Of a stretch of 64,000 bases of DNA, positions 20,812 through 30,733 are shown one piece after another (position 1 is the stretch's first letter; each line of letters opens with the position of its first letter). Origin of the DNA: an uncultured Nitrospiraceae bacterium (GTDB lineage Bacteria > Nitrospirota > Nitrospiria > Nitrospirales > Nitrospiraceae); assembly GCA_963846575.1 (NCBI GenBank), contig CAWJWJ010000001.1, positions 256,001 through 320,000 of the forward strand. The letters are read 5' to 3'. The position numbers and the translations under genes were made by a program. The notes beneath the pieces were generated by a model that did no database searches, was not told where the DNA came from, and was given only the letters and a program-made list of their open reading frames with translations.

Positions 20812-20903
20812 CACTCCATCCCTCCTAATGTGTCTTGCGTGAGCCGTCTCTCGTCTTCTGCCACGCGGCGCTCCGCACGGGCGCTTGCCGCTATTCGATC
20901 GCA

Positions 20904-21497
20904 TCACTTCTTCACGACTATTCCGCAGGCGATCCTGGGTCCGCCCGGCGCATCCTTGGCGGGCGGATCAGGGAGGTACTTGTCTTCGAGACTATGAATG
21001 ATGAACGCGCTGCCATCCATATCAAAGAGCGTGGTCAATCCCTGGCTCAATGTGACCCGGCTCGTGATCGTATAGAGCGTCCCCTTGCGATTCTCATCCA
21101 CCACGAGATTCGGCAGGTCTCCAAGGTGATAGGGGTGGTTCCCGAGACCGGGACTCACGTTCGCCTCCGGATTAACCTGCTGGTCGATGTGTCCGTCGTA
21201 GTGGCCCTTGGCCGCCGTGAATGGCTCGCACGAGCCGGTTTCATGGATATGAATCGCATGCCGGCCCGGGGTCAATTTGCTCTCGGGCGTCCCCTGGATC
21301 GTGAGCTTCATGCGTATCCGTCCTTCGTACTCCTCATACAGATGCGCCTCACCGGTGATGCCGGGGCCGACGATGGCGGCTTCCGCGCGGAGTTTGTCGT
21401 CGAGTTTTCCCGTATGGTACCCGGCACATCCCGAGAGCAGCGCCATCGCTCCCCCGATCAGCGTCACGCGCTGGAGTATTGACTTCTGACGCATCAT
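20904..21497 (-). CDS. sodC: Cu/Zn superoxide dismutase, lipoprotein
   Basis: Lipobox LSGC; HIH, GHY, HPYHLGDLPN, IIH, GGPRIACG. Confidence 0.92.
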   Translation of the reverse strand: MMRQKSILQRVTLIGGAMALLSGCAGYHTGKLDDKLRAEAAIVGPGITGEAHLYEEYEGRIRMKLTIQGTPESKLTPGRHAIHIHETGSCEPFTAAKGHYDGHIDQQVNPEANVSPGLGNHPYHLGDLPNLVVDENRKGTLYTITSRVTLSQGLTTLFDMDGSAFIIHSLEDKYLPDPPAKDAPGGPRIACGIVVKK

Positions 21498-21525
21498 GCA
21501 CCTCCCTGTGACCCCTGGCCCGGCC

Positions 21526-22941
21526 CTACCGCCCCAGTGATCGAATGTAATGAACCAATTCCCAGATCTGATCATCCGGCAACCCGGCAAACGCCATCAT
21601 ACCCGTGCCCGGCGATCCGTTCTTGATGACCCAATACAGTTGTCCATCCGGGATGTCTGTCATCGTCTTGCCACAGGTGAAATTCCTGGGCGGAGGAATC
21701 AACGCCGCGCCCATGACACCCTGACCGTTGCCCTTGTCGCCATGACACATCGCGCAGGCCACTGGCTGGGCGGTTTGTAGAAACAGTGTTTTCCCGGCCT
21801 GAATGGCCGCGTCGGAACCGGGCATCGGATTCGTCTTCGCCAGAAATTCCTGCGGTGCCTTGGCCGTTTTTCTCGGCTGCGGACAGACGCCGGTCGGTCC
21901 GCCGCCTGGCCCCGTGGCTGCCTGCGCGGATTCTGGCGCGCCCTTGAAGGTTGCTTTCAGATAGGCCATCACGTCGGCCACGCCCTGCTGTCCGATCGTC
22001 AGGCCCCAGTAAGGCATGGTCGGTGATTTGCCGACCGCCCGCCCGCCGTAATAAATCACGTTGTACAGGTAGTCGATCGGCAGCTTCTCGAATGGAATGT
22101 TGGCATGGACAGCCGGTTTCGGGTTCAACCCTGACGCCGCCGGTCCATCGCCCTTTCCCGTCGCGCCATGGCACTGGGCGCAATACTCTTTGTAAACCAA
22201 CTGGCCTCGATCCAGGCTCGTCTGACCGAACGGGTCACTTTTCCAGGGCTCGTAATATTGAAAGTCGTCCCAGCCCCGTGTCGCAATGTAGCCCGTCACA
22301 TAACGCAATCCCAACTCACTCACATCCCCCACGAACTCACCGCTGTGGGGCACATAATCGGGAGGATTGGAATTGAACCGATGAATCCAGTCGGCTTTGA
22401 GCCGTTTGCCCGCCTCCGCCAGCGAGGTGCTTTGGGGACCGCCGATGGTGCGATCTCCCTCACGCACCTGATGGCAGCCGATGCAGGCGTGCTCCTTGAA
22501 AATTTTCTCGCCGAAGGCCGCTTCCTGTTTGCTGAACGTCGTCATGCCGATGGCGCCGGCCTTCACCTTGGGATCAGGAAAGTCACTGTCCAGGTACTGA
22601 GCGACCGCTTCCGCGTCAGCCCGTGAGAGCACCATATGAGATTGAGGAGTCTGCCCCTGATCCCACCGGTAACTCTTCGCATAGAGTGGCTGCTCTTTTC
22701 CCTCCAGCCAGCTGACCAGCCATTCATGTTTGAACTTGCCGCCGGCGCCGATCAGATCCGGCGCCTTCTTTTCGTAGCGGGTCAATGGAGGGCCCTCCAA
22801 CCGATGGCATCCGGCACAGGTGGTCTGCACCAGTTCTTTCGCGCGGGATTGTTCACTCCCGAGCAGCAGGCGGGGGAACGATGTCACACCCACCGCCAAA
22901 ACCAATGCGCAACCGATCATCATGATCCGTCGATGCACCAT
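21526..22941 (-). CDS. Tetraheme cytochrome c (four class I-like domains)
   Basis: CAGCH, CIGCH, CAQCH, CAMCH; signal/TM N-terminus. Confidence 0.9.
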   Translation of the reverse strand: MVHRRIMMIGCALVLAVGVTSFPRLLLGSEQSRAKELVQTTCAGCHRLEGPPLTRYEKKAPDLIGAGGKFKHEWLVSWLEGKEQPLYAKSYRWDQGQTPQSHMVLSRADAEAVAQYLDSDFPDPKVKAGAIGMTTFSKQEAAFGEKIFKEHACIGCHQVREGDRTIGGPQSTSLAEAGKRLKADWIHRFNSNPPDYVPHSGEFVGDVSELGLRYVTGYIATRGWDDFQYYEPWKSDPFGQTSLDRGQLVYKEYCAQCHGATGKGDGPAASGLNPKPAVHANIPFEKLPIDYLYNVIYYGGRAVGKSPTMPYWGLTIGQQGVADVMAYLKATFKGAPESAQAATGPGGGPTGVCPQPRKTAKAPQEFLAKTNPMPGSDAAIQAGKTLFLQTAQPVACAMCHGDKGNGQGVMGAALIPPPRNFTCGKTMTDIPDGQLYWVIKNGSPGTGMMAFAGLPDDQIWELVHYIRSLGR

Positions 22942-22974
22942 GCCCCCGCTCCTTTCAGTAGACGGCCTGCCTGT

Positions 22975-23592
22975 TTATCGGGTCGCGAGCCAGGCGTGAA
23001 TGTCCGCGATCTCCTGCTGACCGAGCACCGACCCCCAGGCGGGCATCGGGCCGCGGCCATGGATGACGATATTCCAAAAGGCGCCGTCATTGTTGAGGAT
23101 GCTGTTACGCGCCAGTTTCGGTCCCGCACCGCCCATGGCACCTTCCCCGTGACAGGCCTGGCAGTTGTGCGCAAACAGACCGGCCCCCCTGGCCGCCACG
23201 CCGGTGCGCGGACCATCGGTGGCCTCGTCTTCACGCGCCGGCTCCGTCATGGCCAGTTCATCCTCGATCGACGGCAGATGATCCGACGCGCCCGGATGAT
23301 ACCGCGCGGTCAGATACTGCAGCAGCACCGCAGCTTCGTCCTTGGACAGGACGGCCCCCCACCGCTGCATTTTTTCAACCGTCGCCGTCCAGCGATCTTC
23401 CGGCAGCCGTTGTTGAACGATGAGATCCGTGGAGTGGCAGACCGCACAACGGGCCAGCACCAACGTGGCCGCCTGGCGGACCAGCGCAGGCTCGACCGTC
23501 ACAGGATTCTCTTCCTGAGCCGACGTGCCCACGGCCCATAACACCACACACCCCAGACCCCAGAGGACGACCGGACGCAAGCGTTGCGTCAT
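22975..23592 (-). CDS. Diheme cytochrome c, SorB-like N-terminal domain
   Basis: CAVCHSTDLIVQQRL..W.ATVEKM..WGA plus CQACH; ATG overlaps the Mo-enzyme stop. Confidence 0.8.
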   Translation of the reverse strand: MTQRLRPVVLWGLGCVVLWAVGTSAQEENPVTVEPALVRQAATLVLARCAVCHSTDLIVQQRLPEDRWTATVEKMQRWGAVLSKDEAAVLLQYLTARYHPGASDHLPSIEDELAMTEPAREDEATDGPRTGVAARGAGLFAHNCQACHGEGAMGGAGPKLARNSILNNDGAFWNIVIHGRGPMPAWGSVLGQQEIADIHAWLATR

Positions 23593-24779
23593 GCCGCCAC
23601 CGTCACGGACCGGCGATCCCAGCCATTCCACTGAAAGCCGCCGGGATTCCACGGACTCGTCTCCGGCTGTTGTTCGCCACGCGCATCCGTGGCCCGGCAG
23701 AGGATCGCGGCCGGGCCGGGGATGTCGGCGTTCCACAAAAACTGCCACTGCCGCCAGGCATAGGGCTCATCCTCCCCAAGCAGGCGAGCCTGGTTCCATG
23801 TGCGGCCGTCGTCACAGGACACCTCGACGTTCGCTACCGTCGTCTCGCCCGCCCATGCCACCCCCTGAATCGTCACCGGTCCCTGCTTCAGCCGGTCTCC
23901 GTCGGCCGGTGTGGCAATGAGCGACTTCACCAGCATCTGCTCCACCGGAATCATCGCCGTGCCCGGCAAGCCGGACCCTGCCTGGATCGAGGTCTGCGGG
24001 ATGCGATAGGCCTGTTGCATGTAGTAGCCCGGCGATTCGTCCGCCCGCACCGTGATGTCGGTGAGCCACTTCATGGAGGACTCCGCCATCCATCCGGGCG
24101 TGATGACCCGTACCGGTGCGCCATGCAGCAGAGGCAACGGCCGTCCGTTCATGTCATACGCCAGGAGCGTGTCAGGATGCAGCGCCTTGCCGAGCGGAAT
24201 GCTGCGCGTGAACAGAGGAACTGTCTCCATCAGCGGCCGGTCCGCGCCCTGAAATTGAACATGGAGTCCCTGCGGTTTCACGCCGGCCCGCTCAAGCACA
24301 TCACGCAGGCGCACCCCCGTCCATTGTGCATTGCCGACCGCCCCGCGATCCCATTGCACGCCCGGCACCCTGGGACGGTGATGGGCGCGACCATTGCCGC
24401 TACATTGCAGCACGGCAGCAAGCGTCACCTCTTCGAACTGACGTAGTTCATCAAGACTCAAACTCAGTCCGTCTTTGACGAGCCCCTTCACGGTCAGCCG
24501 CCATCTTTCGGCTTGCACCGCATCGGCCGGCGGGGGACCGAAATGACTCCGCACGAAGAACCGTTCGTTCGAAGTCAGCCGGGAAACGAACTCTTGAACG
24601 GGCGTTTCGGCGTCGAACGGCCGCATGACCCGCACGGTGAGGGGTCCGGACGCCGGGGGAGCCTCTTCGCCTGGCGCGCCCCCGACCGCCGGTAATCCAC
24701 GGCTCCACAGGAGGCCCGCTCCGATGCCCTGCAGCAGAGTCCTTAACAAGGCCCGTCGATCAAACATCATCCGGTTCAC
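23589..24779 (-). CDS. Sulfite oxidase-family molybdoenzyme (SorA/SorT-like)
   Basis: Tat signal DRRALL; FFVRSH, LQCSGNGR, GNAQWTGV, LHGAPVR, WNPGG. Confidence 0.9.
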   Translation of the reverse strand: MNRMMFDRRALLRTLLQGIGAGLLWSRGLPAVGGAPGEEAPPASGPLTVRVMRPFDAETPVQEFVSRLTSNERFFVRSHFGPPPADAVQAERWRLTVKGLVKDGLSLSLDELRQFEEVTLAAVLQCSGNGRAHHRPRVPGVQWDRGAVGNAQWTGVRLRDVLERAGVKPQGLHVQFQGADRPLMETVPLFTRSIPLGKALHPDTLLAYDMNGRPLPLLHGAPVRVITPGWMAESSMKWLTDITVRADESPGYYMQQAYRIPQTSIQAGSGLPGTAMIPVEQMLVKSLIATPADGDRLKQGPVTIQGVAWAGETTVANVEVSCDDGRTWNQARLLGEDEPYAWRQWQFLWNADIPGPAAILCRATDARGEQQPETSPWNPGGFQWNGWDRRSVTVAA

Positions 24780-24785
24780 ACTAGT

Positions 24786-25196
24786 TTAATTCACGGCATG
24801 AATGTGTGGATTCAGATCGAGCACGACATTTGTCGGGATCGCAATCGACTGATGCACTGTGCAAGCCTGTGCCACCTTCAACAGCCGCTCTTTCTGCTCG
24901 GGGGTAACACGGTGGGGCAAGCGGATCGCAAGCAGGATCTGCCCGACACGATGCGGTCCTTCCGCCATCATCCATTCCGCCTCCACTTTCAGGCCTTCAC
25001 GGGAAATGTCATGCCGCGCGCAGAACTGCCCGACGAAGTACCCGACGCAGCTCGCTACGGACCCGACGAACAATTCCACGGGACTCATGCCCATATCAGC
25101 GCCGCCTTCGTCCGCCGGCTGATCCGTGACCACCCGATGCCGGTCACTGACGATGTCGTAGCGCGTTCCCCCCTGGTAGGCCACGCTGAGCTTCAT
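24786..25196 (-). CDS. OsmC-family protein
   Basis: TDQPADEGG, SPVELF..SVASC, ACTVHQS. Confidence 0.9.
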   Translation of the reverse strand: MKLSVAYQGGTRYDIVSDRHRVVTDQPADEGGADMGMSPVELFVGSVASCVGYFVGQFCARHDISREGLKVEAEWMMAEGPHRVGQILLAIRLPHRVTPEQKERLLKVAQACTVHQSIAIPTNVVLDLNPHIHAVN

Positions 25197-25269
25197 CTCG
25201 CCCTCCCCTGCTGGTCGCGCCTCTCGCGACTCTCATCCCATGCCTGGTCCGGAACCGCTCGACCGCCGC

Positions 25270-26115
25270 TCAGTGAGAGGCATCCGCGACTGTGGTGCCC
25301 CTGGGTGAATCATGCGCCTTGCGAGGAAATTCCGGGCGGGGCTGCGCATTGATGTAGGCCGCCACGTCGTAGGCATCTTGGTCCGACAGCGCCCACCCTC
25401 TGGTGCGCGGCATGTTCGATTTGATGAAGGAGGCCGCCACCGGTATACGCGCCATCTCGGCCGCGCTGCTGTATGAATCGGATCCCCACAACGGAGGGCC
25501 GGCCATGGTGCCCTGTCCATCCGCGCCATGACAAAACGCGCAACGGGCCATGAAGACCTTGGTGCCGTTCCCCGCATCCGGTGGTGCGGGCGATTGGAGA
25601 CGCGGGATGCCGCGCCATGCCATGCGGCTGTCCCGGGGGACATCTTTCGACAACCAGTCGATGTAGGCCAGGATCGCGTGGAGCTTATGACTGTCCTGGG
25701 GGATTGCCTGCCCGTTCAAACTCCGCTCGACGCACTCGTTGATGCGCTCGGCCAAGGTCACGACTCGTCCTTCGCTCGCGCGAAACTCCGGGTAGGTCCG
25801 TGACAGTCCGACATAGGATGCCGAATTCGGATCAAGCCCTGCATCCAAATGGCAGTTGGCACAGGTCAGCCCATTGCCCACATAGGGCGCGGCGTATTCC
25901 TGTGTGCGGACGACCAATTGGTAGCCCAGCCGGATCTGCTCGCCCCGTTGGCCGCCGGGAATGGAATCCGGCGAAGGATGGCTGAAGACGGCGTCGATGA
26001 CGTGTGACGACATGTCGTCCCCGGCGGATCGCGCACTGCGTCCCGGCTCCTGGCATCCGAGGCAGCCGGTCAACATTCCGAGGATGAGGATGCCGCTGAC
26101 AGCATGCTTCAACAT
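25270..26115 (-). CDS. tsdA: Diheme cytochrome c, thiosulfate dehydrogenase TsdA-like
   Basis: GNGLTCANCHLDAG; RINECVERSLNG with candidate heme-1 Cys ligand; CAFCH; PPLWG; NMP; possible lipobox LTGC. Confidence 0.78.
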   Translation of the reverse strand: MLKHAVSGILILGMLTGCLGCQEPGRSARSAGDDMSSHVIDAVFSHPSPDSIPGGQRGEQIRLGYQLVVRTQEYAAPYVGNGLTCANCHLDAGLDPNSASYVGLSRTYPEFRASEGRVVTLAERINECVERSLNGQAIPQDSHKLHAILAYIDWLSKDVPRDSRMAWRGIPRLQSPAPPDAGNGTKVFMARCAFCHGADGQGTMAGPPLWGSDSYSSAAEMARIPVAASFIKSNMPRTRGWALSDQDAYDVAAYINAQPRPEFPRKAHDSPRGTTVADASH

Positions 26116-26130
26116 ATGTCACAGCACCTC

Positions 26131-26145
26131 GCAAGCTACGTACCA
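26131..26145 (-). promoter_or_regulatory. Sigma54 promoter candidate
   Basis: Minus strand TGGTAC-GTAGC-TTGC just upstream of the tsdA-like gene; leader would be very short. Confidence 0.6.
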
Positions 26146-26217
26146 GGGTGCAGCGATGGAGGCTTGAGACAAACTGTCAGCAGACCAGGCGATCAATGAC
26201 GGGTCAGTCCCCGATCC

Positions 26218-26234
26218 TGAGGACAAAAGCCACA
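26218..26234. promoter_or_regulatory. Candidate activator (bEBP) binding site
   Basis: TGAGG-ACAAAAG-CCACA about 75-90 nt upstream of the sigma54 box. Confidence 0.5.
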
Positions 26235-26343
26235 GTCACGGGGTGAGACTGCCGCACCATGCCACAGGAGCCCTGAATGACGGGAGGCGCGTGAGGCATC
26301 CGGGTGAGCGCGACAAGCCGAAACACGCACGGCCACCGGCAGG

Positions 26344-26709
26344 TCAAAATGTGGACCGGGGCGGAGCCAGAGCACGGATATATTGGATCACGTCCAGCAT
26401 CTCCTGGTCCTTCAGGCGGCCCCGCCAGGAATGCATTGGACTGAACAACACGCCGTTTGAGATCGCGACGAGCATCTCAAAATCGGTCCGGCCGCGCGCG
26501 TCGAGCGTATGAAAATCCTGCGGCTGCACGATCAGATTCCGGGCCGCGGGGCCCTGCCCGTCTCCCAGCCTTCCATGACATTGGAGGCAATGCGTCTTAT
26601 AAACCGCTTCCCCTTTATCAGGACTTCCGCGCAGGTCCTGCGCCGCAATCCAGCTTGTCGTCGCCACCATGTACAGAATGACCGCTGCCATCGCCATGTG
26701 CTTGTCCAT
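26344..26709 (-). CDS. Monoheme cytochrome c, paralog of 1072-1434
   Basis: CLQCH; NGVLFSPMH.WRGRL.DQEMLDV; RBS GGAGGAG. Confidence 0.9.
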   Translation of the reverse strand: MDKHMAMAAVILYMVATTSWIAAQDLRGSPDKGEAVYKTHCLQCHGRLGDGQGPAARNLIVQPQDFHTLDARGRTDFEMLVAISNGVLFSPMHSWRGRLKDQEMLDVIQYIRALAPPRSTF

Positions 26710-26789
26710 CACGTCTCCTCCCAGACATACCCATGCTCCTTGGGGAGTTGCTCGCGTCGCTTCCCCCGGTTTCATTCCCGGGTTCAGAA

Positions 26790-27158
26790 TCATCTCGAGA
26801 CCGGCAGAGGGAGCAAGAAATGTGCGACCCTGCGCTGAAAGGGTACCGGCTTCATCAGCCTGTACCGTTCCGACACAACCGCCATGGTTCCGCCCCAGTT
26901 CCCCTCGTCACCTCGTGACTTGCCATGCCGGGACAAGAGGAGCTGCGCCCCCGGCGGTCCGAACCACCCTGTCCCATGTGGGCACGGACCCAGTGCACGA
27001 TGTCTTGCTGACCCAAGACTCCCGGTCACTCCGACCGGCTGGCCGGTCAACAGCGGCCCGTGGCATTGCCCGCAATGGGGCCCATCGGCGACACGCGAGG
27101 ACGGAACACGGTTGATGCTGCGGCAATGCGGACACACGAGGTGAAATTTTCCGTCCAT
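26790..27158 (-). pseudogene. trxC: Thioredoxin 2 remnant with internal deletion
   Basis: Zn finger CPHC..NRVP..CGQC joined out of frame to GVLGQQDIVHWVRAH; no WCGPC core. Confidence 0.75.
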
Positions 27159-27337
27159 GGCGCGTCCCCTGCGATCAGTGTCGAGGCCGGACCGCTCCCT
27201 CTGTCCGGGGATGGCTCATCTTCACCCGGCACCTCTGCAGCCGCCCCGTGAGAACGATCGGGGAACACTTGTTCCGGCTGGGCTTGCGCGCCATGCCACC
27301 GGCCCGCCGTCCTGCCGGAACGGTCAGACAGGCCCGA

Positions 27338-27904
27338 TCAGTGCTGCGGCACATCAGGCCTGGGATCGGGAATAAACCCCTCCCGGTTCGGCATGCGAAT
27401 CGCCGGCAGCGACCGGCCATCCACGATCACATCCTCGGCAATAATTCCGTTCCGGTGAAGCAGCCACGCCACGATCGAGTAGACTTCGTCCGGCGAAAGG
27501 CTTTGAGGGGCGGCGAACGGCATGGCGCGAAACACATAGTCGTAGAGCGTCGTGGCAAAGGGCCAATAACTACCGATGGTTTTCACCGGCTGTGCGCTGC
27601 TCAACGTCCCGACGCCCCCCACCAGGCGGTCCATCGGACCTTCCTGACCGGTCGCTCCGTGACAGGAGGCACAGCGAGCGGCAAAGAGCGCCCCTCCCTG
27701 CCTGACAGTTCCGCGGCCCGGCGGCAAGCCCTCTCCCGTCGGCGCGACATCGATATTCCACTGTTGAATGTCTTGATCCGTCACGGCGCGTCCTAACCCG
27801 TACTCATGCGTCCGGTCACCCCGATCCGCCGCCTGACTACTCCAGTGGAGTCCCGCGGTCACGACGGCCAGCAACGCCAGCATCAGGGCGTTACGCCTGT
27901 ACAT
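27338..27904 (-). CDS. soxD: SoxD-like monoheme cytochrome c
   Basis: YGLGR, WNIDVAP.G.GLPPG.G, CASCH, KTIGSYWP.ATTLYDY..RAMP, MPNREGF. Confidence 0.85.
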   Translation of the reverse strand: MYRRNALMLALLAVVTAGLHWSSQAADRGDRTHEYGLGRAVTDQDIQQWNIDVAPTGEGLPPGRGTVRQGGALFAARCASCHGATGQEGPMDRLVGGVGTLSSAQPVKTIGSYWPFATTLYDYVFRAMPFAAPQSLSPDEVYSIVAWLLHRNGIIAEDVIVDGRSLPAIRMPNREGFIPDPRPDVPQH

Positions 27905-29165
27905 TGGTCACCCGTCCATCCTGAGCAATGTGCCAACTCTGGATCCCATTGTAGTGATAGACGGAATGCGTTCCGCGCACCGCCACCAGTTCCGCTCGAC
28001 TCGGTTGCCTGTAACCGGTTTCATCGCGGCAGCGGCTTTGCAAAATCACGTCCGTTCCGTCCCATCTCCACGGAATCTAAATCGCGTGTGACACTTCGGC
28101 AGAACCGGACCCTGCAGCACGGCCTCCCGCCAGGACCGGCCCCCGTCGGTACTCACCTCCACCTGCTCGATGCTGCCCCTCCCGCTCCAGGCCAACCCGC
28201 TGATCTCGAGTCCATCCCGGCTGAATGCGCTGCCCGCCCGATGGCGACGTAATCACCGATTTGGCCTCCATGACCATCGTAAACTGACGTGCCGTGCCGT
28301 CCGGCATCAGGTCTGTATAGTGCGACGTTTCCTCCCGGGTCATGAAAGGCGCCGTGCCGAACTTCAATCGCCGCAACCATTTGATGCAGGTATTCCCCTC
28401 CCATCCCGGCACGAGGAGACGCAGCGGATAGCCCTGCTCCGGACGGAGAGGTTCCCCGTTCTGGGCATAACAGATGAGCGCCTCATCCAGGATGGAGGCC
28501 AGGGGGAGGCTCCGTGTCATGGCCGCCGCATCTCCGCCCTCTGCTAACATCCAGGTCGCCTCCGGCTTCACACCCGCTTCCTGCAGAACGATCTTCAGCG
28601 CCACGCCCGTCCATTCGCTGGTGCTCGTCATGCCGTGGGTCTGTTGCGCGGTCTGTCCGGCCGGCGCCCGCCATTCGCCCGCTGAATTTCCTGAACATTC
28701 GATAAATGCGAGCCGTGAGACCGCGGGAAATCGTTTCACGTCGTCCAGGGTGAAGACCCATGGCCGGTCGACCAGACCATGCAGCATGAGGCGGTGACGA
28801 GCCGGGTCAATGGCCGGCACCCCGTTGTGGTGCCGTTCGAAATGCAGCGCCGACGGGGTGAGCATGCCCTGCGAGTCTTGCAGCGGCGTCAGCGAGGCCG
28901 AGCCCCCGCGCGGGGCACGGACGGCCTGCTCGAACGGTGAGCGTTGCCCGTACGCTGTCGCCGCCCTGCCGGGCACGCGCGTGGGATCATCGGGCACAAC
29001 CGGCATGGCTGCCTCTGCAGAGCGTGCGACCGATCGCGCCATCATGGCGCCCACCATGCCGACGGTTCCGGCGAGAAGACTCCGGCGATTCATGGCAGAT
29101 GTCTTGTGCCCGTCACCGTGCGCCTGATCTCCAGTCGGTCCGTCGGTTTCCGCATGCGTCGTCAT
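27891..29165 (-). CDS. soxC: SoxC-like molybdoenzyme with two compensating frameshifts
   Basis: Tat signal NRRSLL; LHFERHHNG, ECSGN, EQGYPLRL, EETSHYTD; +1 near 28211 and -1 near 28072; ends YHYNGIQSW..NVQA. Confidence 0.82.
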
Positions 29166-29309
29166 GGATGGCTCCTTGCGCGGCCTCGCTACCGTCGCGC
29201 GCTCGATGGAGAGAGCGACCCTCTCCCGATCGGGTGAGGCGTTCCCTGCCGGACGAGGCGAAGCGGTGTCCCGCCAACGGACTCGCTCGCGGCATGAGTC
29301 AGGTACCCT

Positions 29310-30647
29310 TCAGCCCGGTTTCGCATTCGCGCGCCTCAAACTCAGGACGTAGCTCGTCAGGTCATTGAGCTGGCGGTCGCTCAAAGGAAATTTCGGCATG
29401 ATCGAACCGGGCGTGACGGATTGCGGATTGCGGAAGTGTTTGAGGTGCCAGGCTCGTTCAGGCCGCCGATCTCCGACGAAGGAGAGGTCAGGCCCCACAG
29501 CCCCCCCTTCGCCGTGGATACGATGGCATGCGGCACAGCCGAACTGGGCGAACACGGCCTTGCCCCTCGCGACTTCCGGATCGGTCCTCGGCACCGCATA
29601 CAGATTCTTGATCGAGATGCCCAGCAGCCCAAACACGATGAGCAGGAACAGCAGGCCGCTGGCCAGAGCCACGGGCCGGTGGATCGGATTACGTACGGGG
29701 TTGCGGTCGATGAACGGCCAGAAGAACATGATGAGGATGACAACAACCGGCAGCACCCACGTGGCCAGCGGTTCGAGCGGGCCATGCACGTACTTGAGCA
29801 GTTCGTAGTAGAAGAGGAAGTACCATTCGGGAACCGGCACGAACGTCGTGTCGGAAGGATCGGCCTTGTCCGTGAGCGGCAGGGGGATGGCAAACGCCAA
29901 CGTCGCCACGACCAGGAAGACGCCGGCGATGACGACGGCATCCATGTAGACCTGCCGGGGAGCGAAGGTTTCACTGCCCAGCGACGCCCGCTCGTCGTTC
30001 CAAGGCCCGGCCGGACCCACCCGCCGAAGAATGAACATGTGCAGAGCCACACCGCCGAGGAGGACCGCGGGAAGAAACAACACGTGGACGGCGAAAAACC
30101 TGGTGAGGGTCAAGGCGCCGAGCGTCTCTCCGCCGCGAAGCACGCGCGCGACGAAATCGCCGACGAACGGCACCGTCCCCGCCATGTTGATTCCGACCTG
30201 CGTCGCCCAATAGGCCGTCTGGTCCCAGGGCAACAAATACCCCGTGAAGGCGAAGGTCATAATGAGGAGAAACAACACCATGCCCACCATCCACATCGCC
30301 TCCCGCGGAGCCTTATATGCCCCGTAGAGAAACGTTTGGAGCATATGGAGCCCGATCGCCACGACCATGGCCGACGCGCCCCAATGGTGCAGCCCGCGCA
30401 CGAACCAACCGAAGAGCACCTCTGTTTCGATGAAACGGACGCTGTCGTAGGCATGGTCGGGGGTCGGCGCGTAGTACACCGCGAGGAACATGCCGGTGGC
30501 GGCTTGCAGCACGAACAGGAACAGGGTGGCCGAGCCGAATACATAGATCCAGCTGGCCCCGCCGGGGATGGGCTCATCGAGCAGCGTGCGCTGGACCGGC
30601 TTTAAATTCAGTCGGCTATCCAGCCACTCATACGGTCGAAACGCCAT
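29310..30647 (-). CDS. Cytochrome b fused to subunit IV and a c-type heme domain
   Basis: RGLHHWGAS, LHML, GYLLPWDQ, RFFAVHV, PEWY, then CAACH..GPDLS..MP. Confidence 0.92.
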   Translation of the reverse strand: MAFRPYEWLDSRLNLKPVQRTLLDEPIPGGASWIYVFGSATLFLFVLQAATGMFLAVYYAPTPDHAYDSVRFIETEVLFGWFVRGLHHWGASAMVVAIGLHMLQTFLYGAYKAPREAMWMVGMVLFLLIMTFAFTGYLLPWDQTAYWATQVGINMAGTVPFVGDFVARVLRGGETLGALTLTRFFAVHVLFLPAVLLGGVALHMFILRRVGPAGPWNDERASLGSETFAPRQVYMDAVVIAGVFLVVATLAFAIPLPLTDKADPSDTTFVPVPEWYFLFYYELLKYVHGPLEPLATWVLPVVVILIMFFWPFIDRNPVRNPIHRPVALASGLLFLLIVFGLLGISIKNLYAVPRTDPEVARGKAVFAQFGCAACHRIHGEGGAVGPDLSFVGDRRPERAWHLKHFRNPQSVTPGSIMPKFPLSDRQLNDLTSYVLSLRRANAKPG

Positions 30648-30733
30648 GCCGACTGCTCCGGGAATCGTTGGCGCGAGGAATGGTGCTCCCCCGCGTCCGT
30701 GAGATCAGGACCGCCGTCCCCGAGGACCGGTCT

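Noticed and set aside
26813..26827. Sigma54-like TCGCAC-N5-TTGC, and TGGCAC-N5-TTCA at 50018-50032
   Set aside because: Each breaks an invariant GG or GC dinucleotide.
27060..27075. CGQCH as a heme motif
   Set aside because: It is the second CxxC of the TrxC zinc finger; no signal peptide.
28060..28220. Programmed frameshifting in soxC
   Set aside because: No slippery sequence, and two opposite shifts would be required.
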